Shown here: piece by piece, positions 9,552-20,672 of the stretch
How positions within the stretch are numbered: the stretch's first letter is position 1
How the letters are laid out: every line of letters starts with the position of its first letter
Assembly: GCA_002897735.1 (NCBI GenBank)
Contig: BDTW01000021.1
Location: 2,293 to 66,292 of the forward strand
Source: a bacterium BMS3Bbin13
GTDB lineage: Bacteria; Pseudomonadota; Gammaproteobacteria; 21-64-14
DNA: 64,000 nt
Direction of reading: 5' to 3'
Program-made: the position numbers and the translations under genes
The notes under the pieces: generated by a model
The model's database searches: none
Told to the model about the DNA's origin: nothing
Seen by the model: the letters and a program-made list of their open reading frames with translations, nothing else

Positions 9552-10268
9552 TCAGAAATGATAGACCAGGTTTACGGAAGTCAGCAGATCGGTGTTCCGG
9601 GTCCCCGGCGGGACACTCGTGTTGTACTTCACGGTCTCCGAGAGCTTCAACGCCAGGGACCCGATGATAGTGCTCCGCACCGACGTGACCGACTCGATCG
9701 TGGTATTGGCGCGCCCGCTGTCGAGCCGAACCCGCTGCTCGAACCCGGCGTTCGGGGTCAGATGCCAGGTCAGCTTGCCGGCGGTACGGAAGATCGCCTC
9801 GTTGGTCTGCGCCCCGGGGCTCTCGCGGCTCTGGCGCAGGCCGGGGCCGGCCTCGAGTTCGGCCCGCAATTTCCCCGTCGGCAGGAAGCGGCGCCCGTAG
9901 CCAAGCGCCTCGGCGGCCTGATAAGAATAGCCGCTGAAGCGGTCCGATTCGTAGCGGATGTTGCCGAACAGGTAGGAGGACCCGGACAGGTCGTAGTGAT
10001 TGTTCAATGCCCCCACATAGCGCTCCGCGGTGGTGGTACCGTGATCCGAAGCATGCAACACCTCGACGCGCAACGCATGGCGCCAGGCGGCATGCACGAC
10101 TTGCAGGTCGAACGCCCCATTGAACGTGGCGGTATCGGTATTGCCCTGCGTGGCGACCAAGCCCAGATCGATTTCGCCTTTCCAGCCCATCGCCGCCGCG
10201 AACGGCGACCACGCCGCCAAGCTCAGGGCCAATACAAGTCGCAACCGTGCGCTCGCCGCTTCCACCAT
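9552..10268 (-). CDS. DUF481/YdiY-like outer-membrane beta-barrel
   Basis: Signal peptide, WKGEIDLG...QGNTDT, DRFSGY, terminal VNLVYHF. Confidence 0.85.
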   Translation of the reverse strand: MVEAASARLRLVLALSLAAWSPFAAAMGWKGEIDLGLVATQGNTDTATFNGAFDLQVVHAAWRHALRVEVLHASDHGTTTAERYVGALNNHYDLSGSSYLFGNIRYESDRFSGYSYQAAEALGYGRRFLPTGKLRAELEAGPGLRQSRESPGAQTNEAIFRTAGKLTWHLTPNAGFEQRVRLDSGRANTTIESVTSVRSTIIGSLALKLSETVKYNTSVPPGTRNTDLLTSVNLVYHF

Positions 10269-10294
10269 GCCCCCTCGGGTGCCCTGCCCGGCAT

Positions 10295-11701
10295 ATGCCG
10301 GACGAACGCCGTATACTAACCGTTGCGACTGCCACTGCAACCGCGCGGCTCGGACGGATCGGGACGACCTCGCGCCGGTGCCCCGCCGCATCGAGCCCAC
10401 ACCCTGCGTTGGCCCCCTCAACCGACAAACCGGAACCGAGCGCCCGGAGCGCCCTGCAGGGCAAGACGGATCTGTGTGTCCAGTGCGGTCTGTGCCTGCC
10501 GCATTGCCCGACCTATGCGCTGTACCGTATCGAGGGGGAATCGCCCCGGGGTCGCCTCGCCTTGATCCAGGGCGCACTGACCGGCGCACTGCACGCCGAT
10601 GCGCGGTTGTCGGCGCTCCTCGATCACTGCCTGAGCTGCCAGGCCTGCGAGGCGGTGTGCCCGTCGCGGGTGCCGTTCGGGGAGATCATGGACGAGGCCC
10701 GGGCGATGCTGGAACCGGCCCGGCACCGAACGCCGGCGGCGCGCCTGCTGCGACGCGGGTTGCTCGACGGTCTGGTCCCGCACGGTGCGGCGTTGCGGCT
10801 CGCCGGACGGCTGCTGCGCGTCTATCAGCGCAGCGGTCTGCAGGCCGTGGCGCGGCGCGGCGGGCTGTTGGGGGCGCGGCGCCTCGCCGACGCCGAGGCG
10901 CTGCTGCCGCCGCTGGCGCCCGTGCGGCGCTGGCGCAGTCGCTACGCGGCGCAACCCCCGCACCGCGGCGTGGTGGCGCTGTTTATCGGCTGCGTGGCCT
11001 CCGTGGCCGACCGGCCGAACCTGGAGGCCGCCGTACGGGTGCTCACGCGCCTCGGGTTCGAAGTCCGCATCCCCCGCAACCAGACCTGCTGCGGGGCACT
11101 GCACCGGCACGAGGCGGCCCCCGAGGCGGAACGGCGCCTGGCGCGGCGCAATCTCGAGGCGTTCGGCGACAGCGACGTGCCGATCGTGTCGCTGGCCAGC
11201 GGGTGCTGCGCGCAACTCGTACGCTACGGGACGCTGCTCGCGACACCGGGGGGCGCGGCCTTCGCGACGCGCGTGTACGACATCAACCGATTCCTGGTGG
11301 AGAGCCCGTGGCCGGCCGACGCACAACCCGCGCCGTTGCGCGCCCGGGTCGCGGTACACGAGCCATGCACGCTGCGCAACGCACTGCATGGACAGGACAA
11401 ACCCTATCGCCTGCTCGAACGGATCCCGGGCCTGGACGTCGTTCCCCTGGGCGGCGGGGCGCACTGCTGCGGCGCCGCGGGCGCCCACCTGCTGCACTAC
11501 GCCGAAGACGCCCGCCGGCTGCGCGAACCCAAGCTCCAGGCGGTGCACGCGCTGCGCCCCCGATTCGTGGTCACATCGAACATCGGCTGCGCACTGCACC
11601 TGGCGGCCGGGTTGCGCAGCGACCCGCAGGCGCCCGAGGTGCTGCATCCGGTGACCCTGCTGGACCGCCAGCTCCGCGCGGGTGCGACCCGATCCGACTG
11701 A
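10295..11701 (+). CDS. GlcF-like Fe-S oxidoreductase (two 4Fe-4S clusters plus CCG domains)
   Basis: CVQCGLCLPHCPT, CLSCQACEAVCPS, QTCCGA, HCCGAAG, TSNIGC; start uncertain. Confidence 0.85.
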   Translation: MPDERRILTVATATATARLGRIGTTSRRCPAASSPHPALAPSTDKPEPSARSALQGKTDLCVQCGLCLPHCPTYALYRIEGESPRGRLALIQGALTGALHADARLSALLDHCLSCQACEAVCPSRVPFGEIMDEARAMLEPARHRTPAARLLRRGLLDGLVPHGAALRLAGRLLRVYQRSGLQAVARRGGLLGARRLADAEALLPPLAPVRRWRSRYAAQPPHRGVVALFIGCVASVADRPNLEAAVRVLTRLGFEVRIPRNQTCCGALHRHEAAPEAERRLARRNLEAFGDSDVPIVSLASGCCAQLVRYGTLLATPGGAAFATRVYDINRFLVESPWPADAQPAPLRARVAVHEPCTLRNALHGQDKPYRLLERIPGLDVVPLGGGAHCCGAAGAHLLHYAEDARRLREPKLQAVHALRPRFVVTSNIGCALHLAAGLRSDPQAPEVLHPVTLLDRQLRAGATRSD

Positions 11702-11776
11702 TCGGTACCCGCGCCGGGGCCGGTGAGGGGGCTGATGGCGCCGGCCGGGCGAGCCCCTCGGCGCCGAAAGAAGATG

Positions 11777-11953
11777 GTAGGGCGGGGCTCGCCCCGCCGA
11801 CGACGGTGGAAGGTTTCGATGCACCGGGGGACTCGGCGATGCCGGCCGGGCGAGCCCGGCCCTACAGGTGGGTGTGGTCGCCAAGGTGGGTGGATCGGGG
11901 CGGACTCCGCGGGGCGGCGGTATCCACCTGTAGGGCGGGCCGAGGCCCGCCGA
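11777..11953. repeat. Cluster of three GTAGGG-type REPs
   Basis: GTAGGGCGGGGCTCGCCCCGCC (11777), inverted GGCCGGGCGAGCCCGGCCCTAC (11844-11865), GTAGGGCGGGCCGAGGCCCGCC (11930). Confidence 0.85.
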
Positions 11954-11972
11954 CGACACCGAACCCTAATCG

Positions 11973-12788
11973 CTACCGGCGCAGGTTGCGCCCGTAGAAC
12001 ATCTCCATCATTTCGCGTTGCAGCAGGCCGCGGATGCGCTTTTCCTCGCGCGGCGACAGGTCCTCGCGGTCGAGCCCGAACAGGTAGTTGTCGAGATCGA
12101 ACTCCTTGATCACCATCTTGGTGTGGAACAGGTTCTCATGGTAGACGTTCACGTCCACCATCTGATAGCGCTCGAGGGTGTCCTTGGAGATGAAGTTCTG
12201 GATCGAATGGATCTTGTGGTCGATGAAGTGCTTCTTGCCCTTCACATCGCGGGTGAAGCCGCGCACGCGGTAGTCGATGATGACGATATCCGACTCGAAG
12301 CTGTGAATGAGGTAGTTCAGCGCGCGCAACGGGGAGATGCGCCCGCAGGTCGATACGTCGATGTCGGCCCGGAACGTGCTGATCCCGTTGTCCGGGTTCG
12401 GGTGGCTCTCGGGGTAGGTGTGCACCGTGATATGGCTCTTGTCGAGGTGGGCGACGACCGCCTCGGACAGCGGGCCGGGGGCCGCGGAGTTCGACGACTG
12501 GCCCAACGCCAGCGACTCTTCGGCGATCAGCATGGTGACGCTGGCACCCTGGGGTTCGTAGTCCTGATGCGCGATGTTGAGGATGTTCGCGCCGATGATG
12601 CCGGTCACGCCGGTCATGATCTCGGTGAGGCGCTCGGCATTGTAGGCCTCGTCGATGTACTCGATATACTCGCGGCGCTGGGCGGCGGTCTTCGCGTAGC
12701 AGATGTCGTAGATGTTGAAACTCAGGCTCTTGGTGAGATTGTTAAAGCCGTGGAGTCTCAAGCGCGGGCTTGATTTCGCCACCATCAT
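11973..12788 (-). CDS. speD: S-adenosylmethionine decarboxylase proenzyme
   Basis: [37 protein letters not shown]. Confidence 0.96.
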   Translation of the reverse strand: MMVAKSSPRLRLHGFNNLTKSLSFNIYDICYAKTAAQRREYIEYIDEAYNAERLTEIMTGVTGIIGANILNIAHQDYEPQGASVTMLIAEESLALGQSSNSAAPGPLSEAVVAHLDKSHITVHTYPESHPNPDNGISTFRADIDVSTCGRISPLRALNYLIHSFESDIVIIDYRVRGFTRDVKGKKHFIDHKIHSIQNFISKDTLERYQMVDVNVYHENLFHTKMVIKEFDLDNYLFGLDREDLSPREEKRIRGLLQREMMEMFYGRNLRR

Positions 12789-12882
12789 GGCCTCCCGTAC
12801 CCTGAAGAAAACACCGCTTCGCGACGCGCCGATTATGCCGCGGGCCGATCCCGGTGCGCAGCGGAAATCGGCGCGGCCGGAA

Positions 12883-13302
12883 TCAGCCTGCGGCGGTAAT
12901 TTCGAAATCGTGGGTGATCTCCGCGCTCTTTCCGAGCATCACCGATACCGAGCAGTACTTTTCGGCGGACAGGGAAACGGCCCGTTGCACGTGGTGCTCG
13001 GCCAGGGCGACCCCGCTCACCCGGTAGTGGACATGGATCCGCGTAAACACCCGCGGCACGGCGTCCGCCCGCTCCGCGGAGATCTCCACCACGCAGCCGC
13101 TGACCGGCTGGCGCGCCTTCTTGAGGATCTGCACCACGTCGAAGCCGGTGCACCCGGCCAGCCCGAGGAGGACCATCTCCATCGGGCGCACGCCGAGATT
13201 GCGCCCGCCCGCCTCCGGCGCACCGTCCATCACCACGGCGTGACCGCTGCCGGACTCGCCGACGAACATCACATCCTGCACCCAGCGGGCGACGGCCTTC
13301 AT
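12883..13302 (-). CDS. OsmC/YhfA family protein
   Basis: [26 protein letters not shown]; speD-yhfA-crp synteny. Confidence 0.92.
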   Translation of the reverse strand: MKAVARWVQDVMFVGESGSGHAVVMDGAPEAGGRNLGVRPMEMVLLGLAGCTGFDVVQILKKARQPVSGCVVEISAERADAVPRVFTRIHVHYRVSGVALAEHHVQRAVSLSAEKYCSVSVMLGKSAEITHDFEITAAG

Positions 13303-13403
13303 CGCGACCTCTCCCCTCGAACGCCCGGGGGGGCCGACGCGGTTCGACAACCCCGGATACATTGCTTACACTGACTTCGGATCGCGCGCCCCGAGGACAT
13401 CCC

Positions 13404-14039
13404 ATGTCCCAACAGTCGGCCCCCAAGGGTAATCCGACCATCGAGCGGTTCCTTACCCACTGTCACCGCCGTCGCTATCCCGGCAAGAGCGTCATCATCT
13501 ACGCCGGGGATCAGCCGGACGCCCTGTACTATATCACTGAGGGTTCGGTCACTGTACTCATCGAGGACGAGGACGGGCGCGAGATCGTGCTCGCCTACCT
13601 CAACCCGGGCGACTTCTTCGGGGAGATGGGACTGTTCGACGAGCGGCAGAACCGCAGCGCCTGGGTACGCGCACGCACCCGTTGCGACCTGGGTGAGATC
13701 AGCTACGCACGTTTCCGCCAGCTTGCCGAGGAAGACCCGAGCCTCCTCTTCGCGCTGGCCTCGCAGATGGCCCTTCGCCTGCGCAAGACCAGCCGCAAGG
13801 TGGGGGATCTCGCGTTTCTCGACGTGACCGGCCGGGTTGCGCGCACCCTCCTGGAACTGTGCAAGGAACCCGACGCCCTCACGCACCCGGACGGGATGCA
13901 GATCCGCGTCACGCGCCAGGAGATCAGCCGCATCGTCGGCTGCTCGCGCGAGATGGCGGGGCGGGTGCTCAAGGTTCTCGAGGAGCAGGGGCTGATCTCG
14001 GTGAAGGGCAAGACGATCGTGGTACGCGGGACCCGCTGA
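13404..14039 (+). CDS. crp: cAMP receptor protein (Crp/Vfr)
   Basis: [49 protein letters not shown]. Confidence 0.96.
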   Translation: MSQQSAPKGNPTIERFLTHCHRRRYPGKSVIIYAGDQPDALYYITEGSVTVLIEDEDGREIVLAYLNPGDFFGEMGLFDERQNRSAWVRARTRCDLGEISYARFRQLAEEDPSLLFALASQMALRLRKTSRKVGDLAFLDVTGRVARTLLELCKEPDALTHPDGMQIRVTRQEISRIVGCSREMAGRVLKVLEEQGLISVKGKTIVVRGTR

Positions 14040-14070
14040 GGGAGACCGCCGCCCCGCGCCGCGGCCGCGG

Positions 14071-14886
14071 TCAGGCGCCGAACAGTTCCGCCAGCTTGGC
14101 GCCCGGATCGGCGGCGCGCATGAACGCCTCTCCGACCAGGAAGGCGTGGATGCCATGGCCCCGCAGGCGGGCGATGTCGGCGCGGGTACGGATGCCGCTC
14201 TCGGTGACTACGAGGCGCCCCGCCGGCACGCGCCCGGCCAGTTTCAGGGTCGTCTCCAGGTCGGTCTCGAAGGTGTGCAGATTGCGGTTGTTGATGCCGA
14301 TCAGGGCGTCGTCCAACGCCGTCGCGCGCTCGAGTTCGCCCTCGTCGTGGACCTCCACCAGCACGTCCATGCCCAGTTCGGCGGCGAGCCCGGACAGCTC
14401 GCGCAGCGAGGGATCATCGAGCGCGGCGACGATCAGCAGAATGCAGTCGGCCCCGAGCGTTCGCGCCTCATAGACCTGATAGGGGTCGATGATGAAATCC
14501 TTGCACAGTACCGGCAGCCCGCAGGCGGCGCGGGCCTCGACCAAGTGGCGGGCGTCGCCCTGGAAGAACCCGCGGTCGGTGAGGACCGACAGGCAGCTCG
14601 CGCCGTTGGCCGCGTAGGAGGCGGCGATGCGCGCGGGATCGAACGCCTCGCGCAGCAGGCCCTTGCTCGGCGAGGCCCGCTTGATCTCGGCGACCACCCC
14701 CGCGCGCCCGGCGTCGAGCGCCGCGAACAGCCGCCCGGCGAATCCGCGCGGGGCGGGCGCCCCGTCCACCTGCCGGCTCAACTCGCGGATCCCGACCTCG
14801 GCGCTGCGCCGCGCGATCTCCGTCGCCTTCGCGTTCAAAATGCGCTGGAGGATATCGGCCCTTGCCTCCCGTTCGACACCACCCAT
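14071..14886 (-). CDS. trpC: Indole-3-glycerol phosphate synthase
   Basis: [35 protein letters not shown]; start approximate. Confidence 0.95.
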   Translation of the reverse strand: MGGVEREARADILQRILNAKATEIARRSAEVGIRELSRQVDGAPAPRGFAGRLFAALDAGRAGVVAEIKRASPSKGLLREAFDPARIAASYAANGASCLSVLTDRGFFQGDARHLVEARAACGLPVLCKDFIIDPYQVYEARTLGADCILLIVAALDDPSLRELSGLAAELGMDVLVEVHDEGELERATALDDALIGINNRNLHTFETDLETTLKLAGRVPAGRLVVTESGIRTRADIARLRGHGIHAFLVGEAFMRAADPGAKLAELFGA

Positions 14887-14918
14887 GCGATCACCTTCCC
14901 GCACCACGCCCGGCGCGT

Positions 14919-15344
14919 TCAACACTGCTCCCAGGGCAGCCCCTCGTGGCGCCAGCCGCCGAGCGTGCTGCGGTGGTGATCCGGGTCCAGGGGGCCCTCG
15001 AAGCCGTCGGTCACGTTGTACACGTCGGTCAAGCCCTCACGCAGCAGGAGTTCGCCCGCCTCGCGCGAGCGGTTGCCGCTACGGCAGATCAGGATCACGG
15101 GGGCGCAACCCTCGCTGTGGGCCGACACGCCGCCCAGCATCACCTTGCGCACCAGCAGCGCGAACTCCGGGTTGATCTGCCAGTCGGGCTCGTCGATCCA
15201 GGCGATGTGGATCGCCCCGCACGGATGCCCCACGAACAGGTACTCCATCGTCGAACGCACGTCGATGAGCACCGCCCGGGGGTTGCCCCGCAGCAGCTCC
15301 CAAGCCTCTTTCGAGATGAGCCCGTGGACGTCGGTTTGCGTCAT
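14919..15344 (-). CDS. Single-domain rhodanese-like sulfurtransferase
   Basis: [10 protein letters not shown]...GHP, active loop [12 protein letters not shown]. Confidence 0.9.
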   Translation of the reverse strand: MTQTDVHGLISKEAWELLRGNPRAVLIDVRSTMEYLFVGHPCGAIHIAWIDEPDWQINPEFALLVRKVMLGGVSAHSEGCAPVILICRSGNRSREAGELLLREGLTDVYNVTDGFEGPLDPDHHRSTLGGWRHEGLPWEQC

Positions 15345-15453
15345 CGGCGTACCCTTCCGGAGAGAGGGAGAACGATCTGCGCGCGTGCAGTATACCGCGC
15401 GAGCCGATCGGGCGCCCTTGCGGGGCCGGGGGCCGGACCGCTATCTTCCCGGC

Positions 15454-16215
15454 ATGGACGCCCCCGCGGTCCCTCCCAAGAACCTGCTGCGCCTCGCCGG
15501 CCGGGCCATCGCCGACCACGGCATGATCCGCGACGACGACCGGGTGCTGCTCGGACTGTCCGGCGGCAAGGACTCGCTCTCCCTGCTGCATGTCCTGCTG
15601 CATCTGCGCGCGCACGCACCGATCCGGTTCGAACTGGGCGCGGCGACCGTGGACCCCATGGTGGAGGGTTTCGACCCCCACGCATTGCGCCCCCATCTCG
15701 AAGCACTGGCGGTGCCCTACCACTACCGGGCCGAACCCATCCTGGAGCGGGCGCTCCGGCACATGGGCAACACCTCGTTCTGTGCCTTCTGTGCGCGCAT
15801 GAAGCGCGGCATCCTATACGACATCGCGCGCCGGGAGGGGTACACGGTGCTGGCCCTGGGTCAGCACCTCGACGACGCCGCCGAGAGCTTCCTGTTGTCC
15901 GCGTTCCACGGCGGGCGCCTGAAGACCATGAAGGCCCACTACCGCAACGATGCCGGGGACCTGCGCATCATTCGACCTCTCATCTATGCCCGCGAGCGCC
16001 GGACGGCGGCGTTCGCACGCGCCGCTTCGCTGCCGGTGATCCCCGACAACTGCCCGGCCTGTTTTCAGGCCCCGACCCAACGCCTCCACATGAAGGAGCT
16101 GCTGGCGCGGGAAGAACAAGCCAACCACGGCCTTTTCAAGAGCCTTTTTCGGGCATTGTACCCACTATTGTCGGAGAACAACGAGAAAAGAGACACATCT
16201 TCCCACTCTGAGTAA
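15454..16215 (+). CDS. ttcA: tRNA 2-thiocytidine biosynthesis TtcA family protein
   Basis: PP-loop SGGKDS, CAFCARMKRG, GQHLDD, IRPL, NCPAC. Confidence 0.88.
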   Translation: MDAPAVPPKNLLRLAGRAIADHGMIRDDDRVLLGLSGGKDSLSLLHVLLHLRAHAPIRFELGAATVDPMVEGFDPHALRPHLEALAVPYHYRAEPILERALRHMGNTSFCAFCARMKRGILYDIARREGYTVLALGQHLDDAAESFLLSAFHGGRLKTMKAHYRNDAGDLRIIRPLIYARERRTAAFARAASLPVIPDNCPACFQAPTQRLHMKELLAREEQANHGLFKSLFRALYPLLSENNEKRDTSSHSE

Positions 16216-16332
16216 AAACGGGTCGATGTGGGACATTCCGCATATTGATCGGGGATTTTTCACCATGCAGTGGTGGATGTCCTCACATTTCGCCGATCGA
16301 CACCTCGGGATCGCGGCGGCCGCCGGCCGCGC

Positions 16333-17781
16333 TCAACGGCGCCAGAACGCGGGCGTGAACAACACCAGGACCGTGAAGATCTCCAACCGGCCGAGCAGCA
16401 TGGCAAGGCTCAGGGCCCACTTCGCGACGTCGTTGAGCGCCTGGTAGTTGGGACCGACCCCCCCCAGCCCCGGACCCATGTTGTTGAGACACGCCGCCAC
16501 CGCCGAGAACGAGGTGATCTGGTCGAGTCCGGTGGCCATCAACACCAGGAGCAGTACCACGAATACCGCCACGTAGGTGGAAAAGAACCCCCATACGGCG
16601 TCCACCACGCGGTCCGGCATGACCTTGCCGCCGACCTTGACCGGTATCCGGGCGCTCGGGTGCACGAGGCGGTTGATCTCGCGCGCCCCCTGCTTGTACA
16701 GGAGCAGAAAGCGGATCACCTTCATCCCGCCCCCGGTCGACCCGGCGCAGCCGCCGATAAAACTCACCATGATCAGCAGGATCGGCAGGAAGCCCGGCCA
16801 GCGCTGGTACTCGGCGGTGGTGAACCCGGTGCTGGTGCCGATCGAGACCGCCTGTACGATGCCGTGGTGCAGGGCGGTGGTGAAATCGAAGGTGTGGCTC
16901 AGGTACAGATACAGCACGGTGATGATCGAGGTCACGAGCAGGATGACGGTGTAGCCGCGCACCTCGGGATCCGACAGGTAGGGCCGGAGGCTGGACGAGC
17001 GCCACGCCGTAAAGTGCAGCGCGTGATTGATGCCGGCCAGATACATGAAGACCACGGCCACCGCGTCGATGCGCGCGCTGTGGAAATAACCCAGGCTCGC
17101 GTCATGGGTGGAAAAACCGCCGGTCGATACCGTCGCGAAGCTTTGGGCGACGGCGTCGAACGGCGTCATGCCGAACCGCCAGTAGGCGAGCGCGCACAGC
17201 ACGGTGAGACCCAGGTAGATATACCACAGCGCCTTGGCCGTCTCGGTGATGCGCGGGGTCAGCTTGTTCTCCTTCATCGGACCGGGGATCTCGGCCCGGT
17301 AGAGCTGCATGCCGCCCACCCCCAGCATGGGCAGGATCGCCACGGCCAGCACCAGGATCCCCATGCCGCCGAGCCACTGGAGCTGCGCGCGGTAATACAG
17401 GATGGCCTTGGGCAGGCGGTCGATACCCGTTATGACCGTAGCGCCGGTAGTCGTGATTCCGGAGAACGACTCGAATACCGCGTCGGTCAGAGACAGGTGC
17501 GGGTGAGTGGAGAGCATCAGCGGCAGGGCGCTCGCCAGGCCGAGCAGCGTCCACGCCAGCGCCACCACCGCGAAGCCGTCACGCAACGCCAGATCCCTGC
17601 GCGACCGGCGCCCCGGCAGCCAGAGCGCGATACCGGCCGCCAGGGTGATGAGCATCGTATACAGGAACGGGGTCCATTCGCCGCCGTGGTACCACAGCGA
17701 TACGCCGATGGGCGGGAGCATGCTGATGCTGTAGAGCATCAGCATCAGTCCCAGGGGCTTCTGGATGGTCGGGTTGAACAT
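16333..17781 (-). CDS. trkH: Trk potassium uptake membrane protein
   Basis: FESFSGITTTGAT, STGGF, GGCAGSTGGG, LLGRLE. Confidence 0.96.
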   Translation of the reverse strand: MFNPTIQKPLGLMLMLYSISMLPPIGVSLWYHGGEWTPFLYTMLITLAAGIALWLPGRRSRRDLALRDGFAVVALAWTLLGLASALPLMLSTHPHLSLTDAVFESFSGITTTGATVITGIDRLPKAILYYRAQLQWLGGMGILVLAVAILPMLGVGGMQLYRAEIPGPMKENKLTPRITETAKALWYIYLGLTVLCALAYWRFGMTPFDAVAQSFATVSTGGFSTHDASLGYFHSARIDAVAVVFMYLAGINHALHFTAWRSSSLRPYLSDPEVRGYTVILLVTSIITVLYLYLSHTFDFTTALHHGIVQAVSIGTSTGFTTAEYQRWPGFLPILLIMVSFIGGCAGSTGGGMKVIRFLLLYKQGAREINRLVHPSARIPVKVGGKVMPDRVVDAVWGFFSTYVAVFVVLLLVLMATGLDQITSFSAVAACLNNMGPGLGGVGPNYQALNDVAKWALSLAMLLGRLEIFTVLVLFTPAFWRR

Positions 17782-17824
17782 GCCGGCGGTGGATCCGGGT
17801 TGGGCCTGCGGATGCCGGTGCGGG

Positions 17825-19198
17825 CTACAGGAAGGTCACACCGACCTGGAACAGCCGCTCGACATCCGGAATATGCTTCTTGTCGGCCAGGAACAGGATG
17901 ACGTGGTCCTCGGGCTCGATCACCGTGTCGTGATGGCACATGATCACTTCTTCGCCGCGCACGATACCGCCGATGGTCGTACCCGGCGGCAGCTTGATCT
18001 CCTCGATCGCCCGGCCGACGACCTTGGAGGTGCGGTCATCGCCGTGGGCGACGGCCTCGATCGCCTCCGCGGCGCCGCGACGCAGCGAATGCACCACGAC
18101 GACGTCGCCGCGGCGCACATGGGCGAGCAGGATCCCGATGGTGACCTGCTGCGGAGAGATCGCCACATCGATCAACCCGTCCTGGACCAGATCGACATAG
18201 GCCGGCCGGTTGATGAGCGACATCACCTTGCCGGCACCGAGCCGGCGCGCCAGCATCGCCGAGAGGATGTTGGCCTCGTCGTCGTTGGTCAGTGCGCAGA
18301 ACACGTCCGTGTTCTCGATATTCTCCTCCGCCATCAGTTCTTCGTCGGCCGCATCGCCCGACAGCACGATGGTGCGGTTGAGTTCCTCGCAGAGCAAGCG
18401 GGTGCGCTCGACGTCGTGCTCGATGATTTTGACCTGATAACGCGACTCCAGCGCCTTGGCCAGCCGCAGTCCGATATTGCCGCCGCCGGCCAGCATGACG
18501 CGCTTGGTCGGCTTGTCCATGCGCCGAAGTTCGCTCATCACCGCACGGATATTCTTGCGCGGCGCGATGAAGAACACCTCGTCGTCGGCCTCGATCACCG
18601 TGTCGCCCTCGGAGGCGATCGCGGTCCCGTGCCGGTAGATCGCCGCGACCCGCGCGTCGATCCCCGGCATGTGCCGCCCCAGGGTGCGCAGTTCCCGGCC
18701 GACCAACGGCCCGCCGTAGTAGGCGCGCACCGCGACCAGTTGGACCTTGCCGCCCGCAAAATCCAGGACCTGCAGGGCGCCGGGGTGTTCGATCAGACGC
18801 AGGATGTAGTCGGTGACGATCTGCTCGGGGCTGATCAGCACGTCGATCGGCAGCGCTTCCTGCGCGAAGATTTGGGGATAGGCCAGATACCCCCCGGAGC
18901 GCACCCGCGCGATCTTGGTGGGCGTGTGGAACAGGGTATAGGCGATCTGACAGGCCACCATGTTCGTCTCATCGCTGTTGGTGACGGCGATGATCATGTC
19001 CGCCTCTTCGGCCCCGGCGCGCTTGAGCACGTCCGGGTGCGAGGCGTGCCCGGTCACGGTCCTCAGGTCCAGGCGGCCCTGGAGATCGGCCAGGAGCCTG
19101 GATTGGGTGTCGACCACGGTGATGTCATTGGCCTCGCCGGCCAGGTTCTGCGCGACCGAGGTCCCGACCTGGCCGGCGCCCAGGATGATGATCTTCAT
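17825..19198 (-). CDS. trkA: Trk potassium uptake NAD-binding subunit
   Basis: [12 protein letters not shown], second RCK domain [16 protein letters not shown]. Confidence 0.97.
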   Translation of the reverse strand: MKIIILGAGQVGTSVAQNLAGEANDITVVDTQSRLLADLQGRLDLRTVTGHASHPDVLKRAGAEEADMIIAVTNSDETNMVACQIAYTLFHTPTKIARVRSGGYLAYPQIFAQEALPIDVLISPEQIVTDYILRLIEHPGALQVLDFAGGKVQLVAVRAYYGGPLVGRELRTLGRHMPGIDARVAAIYRHGTAIASEGDTVIEADDEVFFIAPRKNIRAVMSELRRMDKPTKRVMLAGGGNIGLRLAKALESRYQVKIIEHDVERTRLLCEELNRTIVLSGDAADEELMAEENIENTDVFCALTNDDEANILSAMLARRLGAGKVMSLINRPAYVDLVQDGLIDVAISPQQVTIGILLAHVRRGDVVVVHSLRRGAAEAIEAVAHGDDRTSKVVGRAIEEIKLPPGTTIGGIVRGEEVIMCHHDTVIEPEDHVILFLADKKHIPDVERLFQVGVTFL

Positions 19199-19332
19199 GC
19201 GCGGCGGGCGCGGCGTTCAGCCGCCGGCGCCCTTCTCCGGATCGGAGCCCGAGGCCCGCGGTCTCCCGCGGAGGCGGGCGCGGAGACGGGCGCGACCCCT
19301 TCCGATGCGCGCGGCGATTTCTTCGCAACCCA

Positions 19333-20643
19333 TCAGCACTTCTCCACGCAGGCGTAGTAGAACCCGTCCATGCCGTCCGCGCCCGTGAGGATTCGGCGTC
19401 CGAACGCGCATGCCCGCCCCCACTCGGCGCGGATCTCGCGGACCCGCGCCTCCGGATGCCGATCCAGGAACGCCTCTATCCGCCGGTCGTTTTCCTGCGC
19501 GAGGAGCGAACAAGTCGCATATAGCAGCATACCGCCGGATCCCAGCAAGGGCCACAATGCCTCGAGCAGTCCGTCCTGCACATGCGCGAACGCATCGATG
19601 TCGGAGGGGCGGCGCAGCACCTTGATATCCGGATGGCGGCGCATCACCCCGGTACCCGAGCACGGCGCGTCGAGCAGGATGCGGTCGAACGCCCGCCCGT
19701 CCCACCAGTCGCCGGGACGTGCGGCGTCCGCCGCCTGCGCCTCGGCCCGCACGCCCAGGCGCCGCAGGTTCGCGCGCAACCGCGTCAGGCGCGCGGCATC
19801 ACGATCCAGCGCCAGCAGGTACCCGAGCCGCGGCTCGAGTTCGGCGATATGCGTGGTCTTGCCGCCCGGCGCCGCGCACGCGTCCAGTACCCGCTGTCCG
19901 GGGGCGGAACACAACAACGGTGCGGCAAGCTGCGCGGCGGCGTCCTGCACGCTGACCAGGCCGGCATCGAAACCCGGCAATTGCGCCACCGGGACCGGGG
20001 GTTCCACCACCACCCCCGAGGCGGTGTAGGGCAGCGCCCGTGCGGCGAGACCGGCCTGCGCCAACCGCTCGAGGTAGGCGGGGCGTGCGATGTGCATGCG
20101 GTTGACGCGAAGGTGCAGCGGCGGACGCACATTGGCCGCCCGTGCCAACGCATACCAGTCGCCCGGCCAGTCGCGGCGCAAAGCCTCGAGCAGCCAGGGC
20201 GGGTGCGCGAGGCGGGCGTCGCCTTCGTCGGGCGGTCCGGAGGCGGGGCCCTCGCGCAGCCGCCCGCGCAGCACCGCGTTGATCAGGCCCGCCGCCCACT
20301 CCTTACCGAGGGCGCGTGCGGCCCGTACGGTGGCATCCACCGCCGCGTGGCCCGGGATGTCCAGTTCGGTGAGTTGATACAGCCCGACCAGCAGCAGCGC
20401 GTGGACGTCGGCGTCCCGCGCGCGCAACGGGCGGCGCAGCGCCCGATCGGCCAGGGCCGCGAGCCGCCAGTACCAGCGCAACGTGCCGAAGCAAAGCTCC
20501 TGGACGAGGGCGCGCTCGCGCGGGTCCGCGATCCGCGCGAGGGCCGCGGGGAGCACCTGCGACAGCGAGCGCCCGCGCCGCGCCACCAGGCTCACCACGC
20601 GGGCCGCCTCCGCCCGGGAATCGACGGGTGTGGCACGCGCCAT
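19333..20643 (-). CDS. rsmB: 16S rRNA m5C967 methyltransferase
   Basis: NusB-like N-terminus, VQDAAAQ, DACAAPGGKT, DAPCSGTG, YATCS. Confidence 0.95.
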   Translation of the reverse strand: MARATPVDSRAEAARVVSLVARRGRSLSQVLPAALARIADPRERALVQELCFGTLRWYWRLAALADRALRRPLRARDADVHALLLVGLYQLTELDIPGHAAVDATVRAARALGKEWAAGLINAVLRGRLREGPASGPPDEGDARLAHPPWLLEALRRDWPGDWYALARAANVRPPLHLRVNRMHIARPAYLERLAQAGLAARALPYTASGVVVEPPVPVAQLPGFDAGLVSVQDAAAQLAAPLLCSAPGQRVLDACAAPGGKTTHIAELEPRLGYLLALDRDAARLTRLRANLRRLGVRAEAQAADAARPGDWWDGRAFDRILLDAPCSGTGVMRRHPDIKVLRRPSDIDAFAHVQDGLLEALWPLLGSGGMLLYATCSLLAQENDRRIEAFLDRHPEARVREIRAEWGRACAFGRRILTGADGMDGFYYACVEKC

Positions 20644-20672
20644 GGGCCGGGACCGGGTGTCTTTCCGCGCCA

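Noticed and set aside
9001-9667. Plus-strand ORF with strong SD-like GGAGG runs at 9006-9019
   Set aside because: Overlaps the ferredoxin antisense; the GGAGG runs are better explained as the complement of the sRNA anti-SD motif.
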